Below are positions 26,546 through 35,564 of a stretch of 64,000 nt of DNA, piece by piece. The translations under genes were made by a program, and so were the position numbers. Under the pieces are notes generated by a model that made no database searches, was not told the origin of the DNA, and was given only the letters and a program-made list of their open reading frames with translations. Source of the DNA: a virus; IMG/VR virus record IMGVR_UViG_3300032285_002723, positions 1 through 64,000 of that record. One strand, written 5' to 3'. How positions within the stretch are numbered: position 1 is the first letter of the stretch; each line of letters begins with the position of its first letter.

Positions 26546-27332
26546 AAATAAATCTGTATATAAACTTAAAAATATTCCTCCAATTTATTATTTGAATCTT
26601 GATGGGCAACCAGAAAGAAAACAATATATGGAAGAACAATTTAAATATTGGGAAATTGAAAATTATACTAGAATTTCTGCATATGATGGCAGAACAGATG
26701 ATTTGAGTGATATTATTTCTGGAAGATATCCAGATAATATGACCTCTGGTGAAATTGGATGCACTACTTCTCATTTAAAAGCAATTAAACATTGGATTGA
26801 AACATCAGATTCGCAATGTGCTATCTTTATGGAAGATGATGTTGATTTGCAAATTGCAAAGTATTGGGATTTTACTTGGAAAGATTTTCAATCACTTGTT
26901 CCTTATGATTATGATGTAATTCAACTTGCAATTATTTGTACAGGTCCATTGCATGTCAAACTACATCGTAGATTTGTAAATGATTTTTCAACTGCAGCTT
27001 ATATGATTACTCGTCATCACGCGGAAAAACTGCTTAAATTTCATATACGTAATGAAAAATATAAACTTGATAATGGATCTAAACCTAGAGCGGTTGCAGA
27101 TGATTTGATTTATAATTCTGGAAATACTTTTTCTATTCCAATATTCCTTTATAAAATTGCTTTAGGGTCTTCTATTCATCCTGAACACGTTGACATTTTT
27201 CACAAATCAAGTCATGATGGTCTAGTTGATTTTTGGTCTCAAAATGGAGCAAAAATGAATATTCGTGAATTGATGGATTACGATCCTTATCTTGGAAGGA
27301 TGACTGAAAATCCACCAGAACAAAATACTTGA
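26538..27332 (+). CDS. GT25 LPS-biosynthesis glycosyltransferase
   Basis: YYLNLD..ER, RISAYDG, GEIGCTTSH, MEDD. Confidence 0.85.
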   Translation: MDKNKSVYKLKNIPPIYYLNLDGQPERKQYMEEQFKYWEIENYTRISAYDGRTDDLSDIISGRYPDNMTSGEIGCTTSHLKAIKHWIETSDSQCAIFMEDDVDLQIAKYWDFTWKDFQSLVPYDYDVIQLAIICTGPLHVKLHRRFVNDFSTAAYMITRHHAEKLLKFHIRNEKYKLDNGSKPRAVADDLIYNSGNTFSIPIFLYKIALGSSIHPEHVDIFHKSSHDGLVDFWSQNGAKMNIRELMDYDPYLGRMTENPPEQNT

Positions 27333-27454
27333 CAAATCACTAAAAGTACCTTAAAATACCATTGTCTTAAGATTTGATTAAGATACATAAATACCGAAGA
27401 TTTACTTTGTTGTAAATCTTCATATTGTCGTTTAGTACAAAAAAACAAATTTCT

Positions 27455-28357
27455 ATGAAAATCAAACAACTGATGCTTGCGCCTGTTGCTCTTGGACTGA
27501 TTGCTCCTGCCGCACAAGCAGCAGACATTAATCTTTCCGCAGTCAACCAATATGCTTCGGCAGAACAGGTTACAAGTGTTTCTCAACTGCGTGATGTGCA
27601 ACCTACTGACTGGTCTTATCAGGCAATTTCAAATCTGGTATCGCGTTATGGATGTGTTGCTGGTTTCCCTAACGGAACTTTTCAACCAGGACAGCCTGCC
27701 ACTCGTGCTCAACTTGCTGCTCTGACTAGTGCTTGCTTGGATCGCATTAGTGAGTACCAAACTGCTGCTGATGCTGCTCTTGCTGCTGCTCTTCGTGCTC
27801 AATTCTCTAAAGAGATTGCTGCTACCAACACCCGTGTGAGTGCCCTTGAGGTCGCCGCTGCCCAGAAAGCACAAGGCGTCGGCAACTATCTTGGTCTTGG
27901 TGTTTTGCTAAACAACGTTGGCACTGGTGGGAATCCGAACAACACTGTGTCTGGTGGCACACTACAAGCTCGTTATGCTGTGAAAAACTACAGCAATAAT
28001 AATGCTGTTTCAGTCCGTCCTTACATCAATGCCGTTGCTGGTCCTAACAGTCAAATCGGTGCTGCTGGTGGTGCAACTGCTACTTATGACTTTGCAATCG
28101 CTCGTAAAGCAGGTGTGAGTGCTGCTAACATCTACACTGGTGTTGGTTATCAAGTTCCTTTTGTGAACAACACTCAATCTAACGCTCAAAATGCTGTTGG
28201 TCTTTCCAATGGTCAAGCAGTATTTGTGCTTGGTGCTGAAGGTCGTATCACCAACTCTCTGGTTGGATTTGCTGATCTGAAGTTCCCTACCAACACTTCT
28301 GCTAACAATGGTAGTTACAGTCCTGTGTTTACCACTGGTCTTGGATTTAAGTTCTGA
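27455..28357 (+). CDS. SLH-domain outer-membrane protein (cyanobacterial porin SomA/B-like N-terminus)
   Basis: Signal peptide, DVQPTDWSYQAISNLVSRYGCVAGFPNGTF SLH domain, coiled coil, beta-strand region ending GLGFKF; host-like codon use. Confidence 0.82.
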   Translation: MKIKQLMLAPVALGLIAPAAQAADINLSAVNQYASAEQVTSVSQLRDVQPTDWSYQAISNLVSRYGCVAGFPNGTFQPGQPATRAQLAALTSACLDRISEYQTAADAALAAALRAQFSKEIAATNTRVSALEVAAAQKAQGVGNYLGLGVLLNNVGTGGNPNNTVSGGTLQARYAVKNYSNNNAVSVRPYINAVAGPNSQIGAAGGATATYDFAIARKAGVSAANIYTGVGYQVPFVNNTQSNAQNAVGLSNGQAVFVLGAEGRITNSLVGFADLKFPTNTSANNGSYSPVFTTGLGFKF

Positions 28358-28367
28358 TAATTGATTT

Positions 28368-28403
28368 GGGGTGCTTGACACCCCTTTCTTTTTACTATAT
28401 AAT
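28368..28403 (+). promoter_or_regulatory. terminator hairpin overlapping consensus sigma70 promoter of the hli cluster
   Basis: GGGGTG/CACCCC hairpin; TTGACA 28375-28380, 17 nt, TATAAT 28398-28403. Confidence 0.75.
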
Positions 28404-28432
28404 TGAGTAACAATTCGTAACAAAACGAAAAA

Positions 28433-28642
28433 ATGACGATAACGACCAATGAGCACGGGCAACAAAATATGTTTGCGCGTGAACCAAAGATGTACATCTC
28501 TGATGAGGATGCCATCAAGTATGGCATGATGACCCACAATGAGAGAGCAGAACTTGCTAACGGACGCTGGGCTATGCTAGGATTTATTGCAGGCATCGTG
28601 TCTTACGTTGCTACTGGTAAACTATTCTTTGGTGTTTTCTGA
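28433..28642 (+). CDS. hli: high-light-inducible protein
   Basis: AELANGRWAMLGF. Confidence 0.93.
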   Translation: MTITTNEHGQQNMFAREPKMYISDEDAIKYGMMTHNERAELANGRWAMLGFIAGIVSYVATGKLFFGVF

Positions 28643-28728
28643 TGTCCGAAGTTATTTTTACAACCACAAGTGTTGCCTTCTTTGTATTATTGGCACACTC
28701 AATTAATCAACTTTCAGAAACTTATTAA
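28642..28728 (+). CDS. 28-aa hydrophobic peptide between hli genes
   Basis: MSEVIFTTTSVAFFVLLAHSINQLSETY*; TGATG coupling. Confidence 0.5.
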   Translation: MSEVIFTTTSVAFFVLLAHSINQLSETY

Positions 28729-28739
28729 GGAGAACTAAA

Positions 28740-28859
28740 ATGAAATTTGGATTTACACCTGAAGGAGAGATTTTAAATGGTCGTCTCGCAATGCTTGGAT
28801 TTGTAATCGCAGTTGGAACTTATCTCACCACTGGGCAACTAGTTCCAGGAGTGTTTTAA
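28740..28859 (+). CDS. hli: high-light-inducible protein (39 aa, not in ORF track)
   Basis: MKFGFTPEGEILNGRLAMLGFVIAVGTYLTTGQLVPGVF*; AAGGAG RBS. Confidence 0.9.
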   Translation: MKFGFTPEGEILNGRLAMLGFVIAVGTYLTTGQLVPGVF

Positions 28860-28888
28860 AATCCCAACACAAATAGGTATTCATACTT

Positions 28889-28921
28889 ATCCTTGCTCTA
28901 AATATAGGGCAAGGATTTTTT
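28889..28921 (+). terminator. terminator with late-promoter box at its loop
   Basis: ATCCTTGCTCTA-AATA-TAGGGCAAGGAT plus T-tract; CTAAATA 28898-28904. Confidence 0.65.
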
Positions 28922-29024
28922 ATTTTAATGGTATACTATTTCTTTTTAGTGTATTTTATTTTAATGATAGTCATAATTATAACAAAGGCATCAAAAACTA
29001 AATAGGATAGTTGTTAAAGATAAA

Positions 29025-29720
29025 ATGAAAATAGATCTTCATAACTTTTTTCTACATTATGATGAAAAGAATCCAAAGCACGTTGCAGCAGTGGAGCAAC
29101 TTGAAAAGGATTTGGAGCAAAAGCAACCAGATTTGATTGAGGATGAATCAAACTGGGTAAGAATTTTCAGAGAGAAGGCACCAGTTCCTGCACAGGTAGG
29201 AGTATTGTCAGTTCCTTATTATCCACAAACAGATAATTATAGAGATGCTAATCGTACTTGCAACAGTTCTTCTTGTGCTATGTGTCTTGAATATCTTAAA
29301 CCAGGTACTCTAAAAGGAGCAAAGGGAGACGATGCCTACATTCAAAAGGTATTCGCAATTGGTGACTCAACAGATCACACAGTTCAAACCCGTGTTCTTG
29401 AGAGCTATGGTGTTAAGTCACAGTTTAGTTACAATCTTTCTTTTTCTGATCTTGATAAGAGTTTATCTGCTGGTAAACCTGTCGTTATTGGTATTCTGCA
29501 TAGGGGTTCTCTTTCTGCACCTACTGGTGGGCACATGGTTGTAGTGATTGGTAAGAAAGGTCAAGACTATGTTGTGAATGATCCTTATGGTTCTCTCAAT
29601 GACGGATATACTGGTTCTGTGACCAACGGTAAAGGTGCCGTATATAAGAAATCAGATTTAACTCATAGATGGTTAGATCATAGTAAAGATAAGACTGGAT
29701 GGGGAAGAATTTTCAAATGA
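29025..29720 (+). CDS. C39-like cysteine peptidase (cell-wall hydrolase candidate)
   Basis: VPYYPQ, CNSSSCAM, GGHMVVV, VNDP. Confidence 0.8.
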   Translation: MKIDLHNFFLHYDEKNPKHVAAVEQLEKDLEQKQPDLIEDESNWVRIFREKAPVPAQVGVLSVPYYPQTDNYRDANRTCNSSSCAMCLEYLKPGTLKGAKGDDAYIQKVFAIGDSTDHTVQTRVLESYGVKSQFSYNLSFSDLDKSLSAGKPVVIGILHRGSLSAPTGGHMVVVIGKKGQDYVVNDPYGSLNDGYTGSVTNGKGAVYKKSDLTHRWLDHSKDKTGWGRIFK

Positions 29721-30178
29721 CTTTAAAGGCAGGAATAGATTTAATTAAAAAATTTGAAGGTTGTAGATTAAAATTTTATCCAGATCCTGCAACTGGTGGT
29801 AAACCTTATACAATTGGATGGGGTTCTACCAAAGATACTCACGGCAAACCATTTGGATTGGGAGCAACTATTACTCAAGAGCAGGCAGATACTTTATTGG
29901 AATATACAATAGAGCATGAATATCTACCAGCACTGAATAAAATCCCACACTGGAATGAAATGAATGAGAATCAAAAAGGAGCACTTTTATCTTTTGCTTA
30001 TAATCTTGGTGCTAATTTCTATGGGTCTTCCAATTTTAATACCATAACCAAAGTTCTTAAAAATAAAGAATGGAGCAAAGTTCCTGATGCTCTTTATCTT
30101 TATCGCAATCCTGGTTCTAATGTTGAAGCAGGTCTTGCTCGCAGAAGAAAAGCAGAAGGAGATTTGTGGAAAAAGTAA
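29717..30178 (+). CDS. GH24 phage lysozyme
   Basis: IKKFEG...YPD...TIGWGST, AYNLG, GLARRRKAE. Confidence 0.9.
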   Translation: MTLKAGIDLIKKFEGCRLKFYPDPATGGKPYTIGWGSTKDTHGKPFGLGATITQEQADTLLEYTIEHEYLPALNKIPHWNEMNENQKGALLSFAYNLGANFYGSSNFNTITKVLKNKEWSKVPDALYLYRNPGSNVEAGLARRRKAEGDLWKK

Positions 30179-30289
30179 TTATTCTTTTGTCTCCAAATAT
30201 GCCAATCTTAATATGTAATAGATGCACCAAGCAGTAAAAACTAAACCTGCTCCAAGAATGGTGCATACTCCCCAAGGAAACTCATTCAT
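30179..30289 (-). CDS. 36-aa membrane peptide
   Basis: MNEFPWGVCTILGAGLVFTAWCIYYILRLAYLETKE*. Confidence 0.5.
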   Translation of the reverse strand: MNEFPWGVCTILGAGLVFTAWCIYYILRLAYLETKE

Positions 30290-30290
30290 T

Positions 30291-30482
30291 TCACCTTCCT
30301 TCCTGTTCGTGTATCCATACTTTTAAACCTTTAACGTATTTTCTTAATATCTGTGCCTGTTCTTCGTGCCATGGATCTCTTGTTTCCAATCCGATCCTTG
30401 TGTGATTATCTATTGCTTGTAGTATTTGGTGAATGGGTTTGTTCCAACATTCACGCTTGGGAGTGTTCCACTCTCGTGCCAT
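30291..30482 (-). CDS. conserved cyanophage hypothetical protein
   Basis: MAREWNTPKRECWNKPIH..., GAGG RBS. Confidence 0.65.
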   Translation of the reverse strand: MAREWNTPKRECWNKPIHQILQAIDNHTRIGLETRDPWHEEQAQILRKYVKGLKVWIHEQEGR

Positions 30483-30488
30483 AAGACC

Positions 30489-30602
30489 TCATTTTTTCTT
30501 TCCGCCGTTTTTAGCCTTATTCGCAGTCGCATTACCTTGATTTTGTTTGGATTGCTTTCCACCAGCAGATCCTTTCTTGCCTTTACTTGCTGATTTAGAC
30601 AT
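30489..30602 (-). CDS. 37-aa highly basic peptide
   Basis: MSKSASKGKKGSAGGKQSKQNQGNATANKAKNGGKKK*; ATAAATA on the - strand at 30626-30632. Confidence 0.55.
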   Translation of the reverse strand: MSKSASKGKKGSAGGKQSKQNQGNATANKAKNGGKKK

Positions 30603-30691
30603 TTTTTGGTATTTGACATACCATTTATTTATGAGAAAATTGCCGAGTATAGGGTATAATAAATACTATTATAGAAAATTTTTTTATATTA

Positions 30692-32782
30692 ATGAGTATT
30701 TTTAAGAAGACTATCAAGTATTCTAAACCTTTGAGGGATTTGGATAACAAGATAAAAAATCTTGATGAGGAACTTGGACAAACAGGAGTCATTGGTGAGC
30801 AAGATGACACTGAAGTTTTGTGTGTTCAAGAGTCTTCCGTAGAAAAATTACCAAAAATATATGATAGACTAGAAGTTCAAAAAGAAAAAGAAACTTTATA
30901 TAATTGGAGAGAATCTTTTATTGTAGAAGAAACTAATGATAAACCTGTAGTAATAGATGAGACTTATCATAAAACTGTAGGTAGAGTTGAAAGATATATT
31001 TCTGAAAGTAATAAAGAACTGATTGAAATAAGAAACCAAGTATTTCAAGAAATTTCCGAATCTACATTATTAAATCTTCCAGAAATCAAATGCAAGATTG
31101 AGAAAGTATTGGAAATTTATGATCAAATACAGGAAGGTTTGTTAAATGAACCACCCTCAACAAAAAATTCTGATCCTCTTACTCCATTAGATCAAAATTT
31201 TGTAACAATAGAAGATTTAAATAAGCACTACAACTTATTTGTAAATCGTATTCAAGAACAGATTGCCACTATTGGTGGTGGTGGTGAATATCGTTTTCAA
31301 TATCTTGATGGTATTGTAGGTATTCAAACAAATTCTGCTTCTTATAATGGTAAGTATTTGCAGTGGAACTCTGCAACCAATAAAGCAGAGTTTGTGACAG
31401 TAAGTAGTGGTGGTAGTAATGGTATATCAACTTATGCATCCATAGCAGGTATAGCAACTTATGCTACATCAGCAGGTATAGCAACTTATGCAACCTCTAG
31501 TGGTATATCAACTTATGCTACATCAGCAGGTATAGCAACTTATGCAACCTCTAGTGGTATAGCAACTTATGCAACCTCTAGTGGTATATCAACTTATGCA
31601 ACAAAAGCAGGAGTATCAACAAATGTAATAGGTGGTATTGCATCAGTAACTTCATTATCAGTTTCCGGTATTACAACTTTAGGTGTAGTTACTTCTGTAA
31701 CTTCAATAAATTTTGCTAGTGGTGGATTATTGGGTGATCCATACCAAGATGGAGGATTTGGATTAAAATCTGCCGGTGGTCAATATAAATATGCTACTAT
31801 TGCTAGTAACAATCTACAGCAATATCTTCAAGTTGATGACAATATAATTTATATTGGAACAGGTTATGCATCAACTACTGGTAATTACAATTGGGTATTT
31901 AAAAAAGATGGTAGTACAGAATTTCCTAATAGTTTAATTCTAGCTCCTGGCAGCCAAAGCATTACTTTACAGAGTGATCAATATTCCCAGTTGATGTGGA
32001 TGAACGCGGATCAGACAGTAGGGCCTAATAAGTTTACCAACGTAGATTTTTTTGTCGCATCTGGATATGCTACTTTAGACATAGGTTATCGTGATGGTGC
32101 TAGTGATCAACAATTCAAATCTTGGCTTTGGAATATAGATGGATTACAATTCCCAGATCTCACATTACAAACTACTGCATTTACTGGTTATGCAGATAAT
32201 GCAGGCATAGCAACCTATGCTGCATCAAGTGGTATAGCAACTTATGCTTCTTCTAGTGGGTTATCCACAAGTTCCACAACTGCTGGTTATGCAACTACCT
32301 CTGGAATTTCTACAACATCACAAGGTCTTACAGGAACTCCAAATATTTCTGTAGGTGTTATAACTGCAACAGACTATCGTATTCAATCTGTTGCAGAAAA
32401 AACTACTCTTGTTGGTCTGAATACTGCTAATTTAGTTTATAATACTGGTGGTGGTAATATTGCAATCTGTACCAATCCAAGTGGTGATATTACACTGAAT
32501 GTAACTGGTATTCCTACTGCTAGTTCCTTTGATAATTACTCACTTGCATTTAGTGTGATTGTAACAAATACGGGAACAGCAAGAAGTTGTACTGCAATTA
32601 CATTAAATGGAGTATCAAGAACAATCAAATGGTTTGGTGGTTCTCTTGCATCGGCAATTTCTGGAGTTACCACATCAAATGGATATGATGTTTATAGTTT
32701 CACCGGAATTAATACCGTAGGTTCGGCAAGTACAACCGCAAATTATATTGTGCTTGGTAGTGTGAATGGAAGTTATAGATAA
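30692..32782 (+). CDS. virion structural/fibre protein with 9-aa repeats
   Basis: 696 aa; acidic N-terminus, GGGGE hinge, GIATYATSS repeats, GVITAT fibre motif. Confidence 0.7.
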   Translation: MSIFKKTIKYSKPLRDLDNKIKNLDEELGQTGVIGEQDDTEVLCVQESSVEKLPKIYDRLEVQKEKETLYNWRESFIVEETNDKPVVIDETYHKTVGRVERYISESNKELIEIRNQVFQEISESTLLNLPEIKCKIEKVLEIYDQIQEGLLNEPPSTKNSDPLTPLDQNFVTIEDLNKHYNLFVNRIQEQIATIGGGGEYRFQYLDGIVGIQTNSASYNGKYLQWNSATNKAEFVTVSSGGSNGISTYASIAGIATYATSAGIATYATSSGISTYATSAGIATYATSSGIATYATSSGISTYATKAGVSTNVIGGIASVTSLSVSGITTLGVVTSVTSINFASGGLLGDPYQDGGFGLKSAGGQYKYATIASNNLQQYLQVDDNIIYIGTGYASTTGNYNWVFKKDGSTEFPNSLILAPGSQSITLQSDQYSQLMWMNADQTVGPNKFTNVDFFVASGYATLDIGYRDGASDQQFKSWLWNIDGLQFPDLTLQTTAFTGYADNAGIATYAASSGIATYASSSGLSTSSTTAGYATTSGISTTSQGLTGTPNISVGVITATDYRIQSVAEKTTLVGLNTANLVYNTGGGNIAICTNPSGDITLNVTGIPTASSFDNYSLAFSVIVTNTGTARSCTAITLNGVSRTIKWFGGSLASAISGVTTSNGYDVYSFTGINTVGSASTTANYIVLGSVNGSYR
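31421..31609 (+). repeat. 7 x 27-nt coding tandem repeat (GI[A/S]TYA[T/S]xx)
   Basis: GGTATA(G/T)CAACTTATGC.. units; a degenerate second cluster near 32200-32310. Confidence 0.9.
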
Positions 32783-33531
32783 TGTCTCCATTTTTAACTA
32801 GAGTTTCATTTAATAAAGGAGTTGGTTCTAGGATTTCTGTAAGTGCTTCTGCTGCTGTTGTATCTCCAAATTTAGTTCTAGATTTAGATGCAGCAAACTA
32901 TTCTGCTATGCCTGCGAATGGTAGCACAATTGCTGGTTCGGGTAGTTACGCTATTAGTGTAGTTAATCCTACTCCAAGAATTAGTTGGAACAGTGCGAAT
33001 GGTGGAGTGTTTAGAGTGACCACAGCATCTACTAATAACTTCTTAACTTTTGGACCAAATTACAGTAGTGGCACACAAGCATTTACAGTAGGAATGGCAT
33101 ATAAGTGGAATGGAGTGACGGCAGGTAGATTGCTAAATGCGAATACGGCAAGTCCAGACTTTCTTATGGGATTATGGGATGCTCCTGCATCTCGTATGAA
33201 TATTGCCTTTGCTGGTGCTTTTACTGGTTCAAGCACTGATGCCGCAGATACCGCTTGGCACTTTATATGGTTTAGTTCAACAGGAGCAACAGGTGCGAGT
33301 AAAGCAAAAAGTTATATAGCAACTAGTACAGCACCAACAGGAACATTTGGAACAAGTTCTACCAACGGTGGTTTCAATGGTTTGAGATTATTTGGTAGAT
33401 ACTCATCTGCAAGTGCTAGTATTGAACAAGTTGATGCTGATGTTGGTTTTGTTAAAGTTTGGAATAAAGAATTAACTTTAGCAGAAATACAAGCAGAACA
33501 CGCAACATACAAAACAAGATTTGGGTATTGA
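32782..33531 (+). CDS. LamG/ConA-like lectin-fold virion protein
   Basis: LVLDLDA, WHFI, VKVWNKELTLAEI..RFGY. Confidence 0.65.
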   Translation: MSPFLTRVSFNKGVGSRISVSASAAVVSPNLVLDLDAANYSAMPANGSTIAGSGSYAISVVNPTPRISWNSANGGVFRVTTASTNNFLTFGPNYSSGTQAFTVGMAYKWNGVTAGRLLNANTASPDFLMGLWDAPASRMNIAFAGAFTGSSTDAADTAWHFIWFSSTGATGASKAKSYIATSTAPTGTFGTSSTNGGFNGLRLFGRYSSASASIEQVDADVGFVKVWNKELTLAEIQAEHATYKTRFGY

Positions 33532-33561
33532 CAGGATTTCCTGACAGTGCTATAATAAATA
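33528..33561 (+). promoter_or_regulatory. psbA promoter: sigma70 consensus overlapped by late box
   Basis: TTGACA 33528-33533, 17 nt, TGcTATAAT 33551-33556; ATAAATA 33555-33561. Confidence 0.8.
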
Positions 33562-33595
33562 GATGTTAAGGAATCAAGACATTTCTTAATCTTCT

Positions 33596-33700
33596 GTAAC
33601 CGAGATCATCAGAAGTAAAGCATCTCTCATACCTGTACTGGAGGGTGGTACTGGAATATCTGTACTTGTTCAATTCCCCTTGGACTCATACTTACCCTTT
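33596..33700 (+). ncRNA. PhotoRC-II-like psbA leader RNA
   Basis: AACCGAGA...TCTCTCATA, GTAC/GTAC stem with AGGG loop, downstream CCCT; directly 5' of psbA. Confidence 0.6.
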
Positions 33701-33707
33701 TACGAAA

Positions 33708-34709
33708 ATGACTGCTACTATTGCTTCACGCAATTCTACTAACCTCTGGAACGATTTCTGTTCCTGGGTTACTTCTACTAATAACCGTCTTTATGTCGGT
33801 TGGTTCGGCGTTCTGATGATCCCAACGTTGCTTGCCGCAACGATTTGTTTCATCATCGCATTTGTCGGTGCTCCTCCTGTGGACATTGACGGCATTCGTG
33901 AACCTGTCTCTGGTTCATTAATGTACGGCAACAACATCATCTCTGGTGCTGTTGTGCCTTCTTCTAATGCTATTGGACTTCACTTCTATCCTATCTGGGA
34001 AGCAGCAAGTTTGGACGAATGGTTGTACAATGGTGGACCTTTCCAACTTGTTGTCTTTCACTTCCTGATTGGTATCTACTGCTATATGGGTCGTGAATGG
34101 GAACTCTCCTATCGTTTAGGTATGCGTCCTTGGATTATGGTTGCTTACAGCGCACCTGTTGCTGCTGCATCTGCTGTATTCCTGGTCTATCCTTTCGGTC
34201 AAGGTTCTTTCTCTGATGCTATGCCTTTGGGCATTTCTGGTACTTTTAACTATATGCTTGTCTTCCAGGCAGAACATAATATTCTGATGCACCCTTTTCA
34301 TATGCTTGGAGTTGCTGGTGTCTTCGGTGGTTCATTGTTCTCTGCGATGCACGGAAGTTTAGTTACTTCTTCATTGGTTCGTGAAACTACTGAAACTGAA
34401 TCACAGAATTATGGTTATAAGTTCGGACAAGAAGAAGAGACATACAACATCGTTGCTGCTCACGGTTATTTCGGTCGCCTTATTTTCCAATATGCGTCAT
34501 TTAATAACTCACGTTCACTGCACTTCTTTTTAGCAGCGTGGCCGGTAGTCGGTATTTGGTTTGCTGCTCTTGGTGTTTCTACCATGGCTTTTAATCTCAA
34601 CGGACTGAATTTTAACCAGAGTATTCTGGATAATCAGAATCATGTTATCAAAACTTGGGCAGATATTTTAAATTCTGCTGGACTCGGATTTGAGGTAATG
34701 CACGAGCGT
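33708..34709 (+). CDS. psbA: photosystem II D1, exon 1 (334 codons)
   Basis: [38 protein letters not shown], ends EVMHER. Confidence 0.97.
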
Positions 34710-34911
34710 TTTGTATAAGCATGGCGCTCTTTAAATCGGATGAATTGCTGGAACTCTCTCGTAGACAATCAGCAGCCAAGCCCCAGACGCTTCTGGGGAA
34801 GGTTCAGAGACTAGGTGGTTTCTCAAGCGTGAGATGTAATACACCATTAGCGTCCGACACCAGAAATGGTGATGATATAGTCCTTGCCCCTGGCGACAGT
34901 GGGATTTCAAG
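34710..34911 (+). mobile_element. group I intron (202 nt, no internal ORF) in psbA
   Basis: Exon ends in U; P1 GAGCGT/GCGCTC with U.G pair; cores AATTGCTGGAA, AATCAGCAG, GTTCAGAGACTA, GATATAGTCC; terminal G; removal restores [13 protein letters not shown]. Confidence 0.93.
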
Positions 34912-34989
34912 AATGCACACAACTTTCCTTTGGATTTAGCATCAGTTGAAGCAACTCCTGTTGCCTTGACTGCTCCAACCATCGGTTGA
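34912..34989 (+). CDS. psbA: photosystem II D1, exon 2
   Basis: [25 protein letters not shown]; spliced protein 359 aa. Confidence 0.95.
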   Translation, partial: NAHNFPLDLASVEATPVALTAPTIG

Positions 34990-35000
34990 TATAATAAAGG

Positions 35001-35033
35001 AGAAACTCTTCGGAGTTTCTTTTTTTATAAATA
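35001..35033 (+). terminator. psbA terminator fused to late promoter of the endonuclease
   Basis: AGAAACTC-TTCG-GAGTTTCT plus T-tract; TATAAATA 35026-35033. Confidence 0.8.
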
Positions 35034-35056
35034 ATTATGCACGAAAGAAAACACGA

Positions 35057-35485
35057 ATGACTAAACTCTACTCCGAACTGTATAGAACTTGTATGACTTG
35101 TAGTAAGGAAAAACTTGCTACGGATTTCTATGTGAGAAATAAAGTTACTATGGTTCGGCACTCCATATGTAAAGAATGTGATAAGCAAAGAGTGAGAAAT
35201 AGGCACGAAGAAAATCCAGAACGCACAAAAAATAATGACTTAAAAAGACTTTATGGAATTACTCTTGACGAACATACTCAAATGTTTGATGACCAAAAAG
35301 GTGTTTGTGCAATTTGTAAAGGTGAAGGTGATGGTAAATGGAAGAAACTTTGTGTAGACCACGACCATAAGACAGGAAAAGTTCGTCAGTTGCTTTGTAG
35401 AAATTGTAATATGGTATTGGGTCAGGTAGGGGACAACACAAATCTTCTGGAAGAAATGATTAAATACCTACAAAAGCATCAATAA
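35057..35485 (+). CDS. F-CphI-like free-standing homing endonuclease (Endo VII family)
   Basis: CMTC/CKEC, YGITL, CAIC...LCVDHDH.TGKVRQLLCRNCN; directly downstream of intron-containing psbA. Confidence 0.88.
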   Translation: MTKLYSELYRTCMTCSKEKLATDFYVRNKVTMVRHSICKECDKQRVRNRHEENPERTKNNDLKRLYGITLDEHTQMFDDQKGVCAICKGEGDGKWKKLCVDHDHKTGKVRQLLCRNCNMVLGQVGDNTNLLEEMIKYLQKHQ

Positions 35486-35564
35486 AAAATGCTCCTCATC
35501 CTCCTGCTCTTCCAGTTATTCGGAGTGTTCCTCTTTCTAATGTCCTTACTATGATATCCTCAAA

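Noticed and set aside
31421-31609. Regular repeats as a possible CRISPR array
   Set aside because: These are in-frame 27-nt coding repeats without unique spacers, and there are no cas genes. The 42692 nuclease is the usual phage exonuclease.
33645-34718. Track ORF suggesting an N-extended, C-truncated psbA (pseudogene)
   Set aside because: The true start is ATG 33708, and the apparent truncation is a group I intron; splicing restores a full 359-aa D1.
34721-35206. ORFs within or antisense to the intron and exon 2
   Set aside because: They are shadows of intron structure and exon 2, with no endonuclease motif inside the intron.
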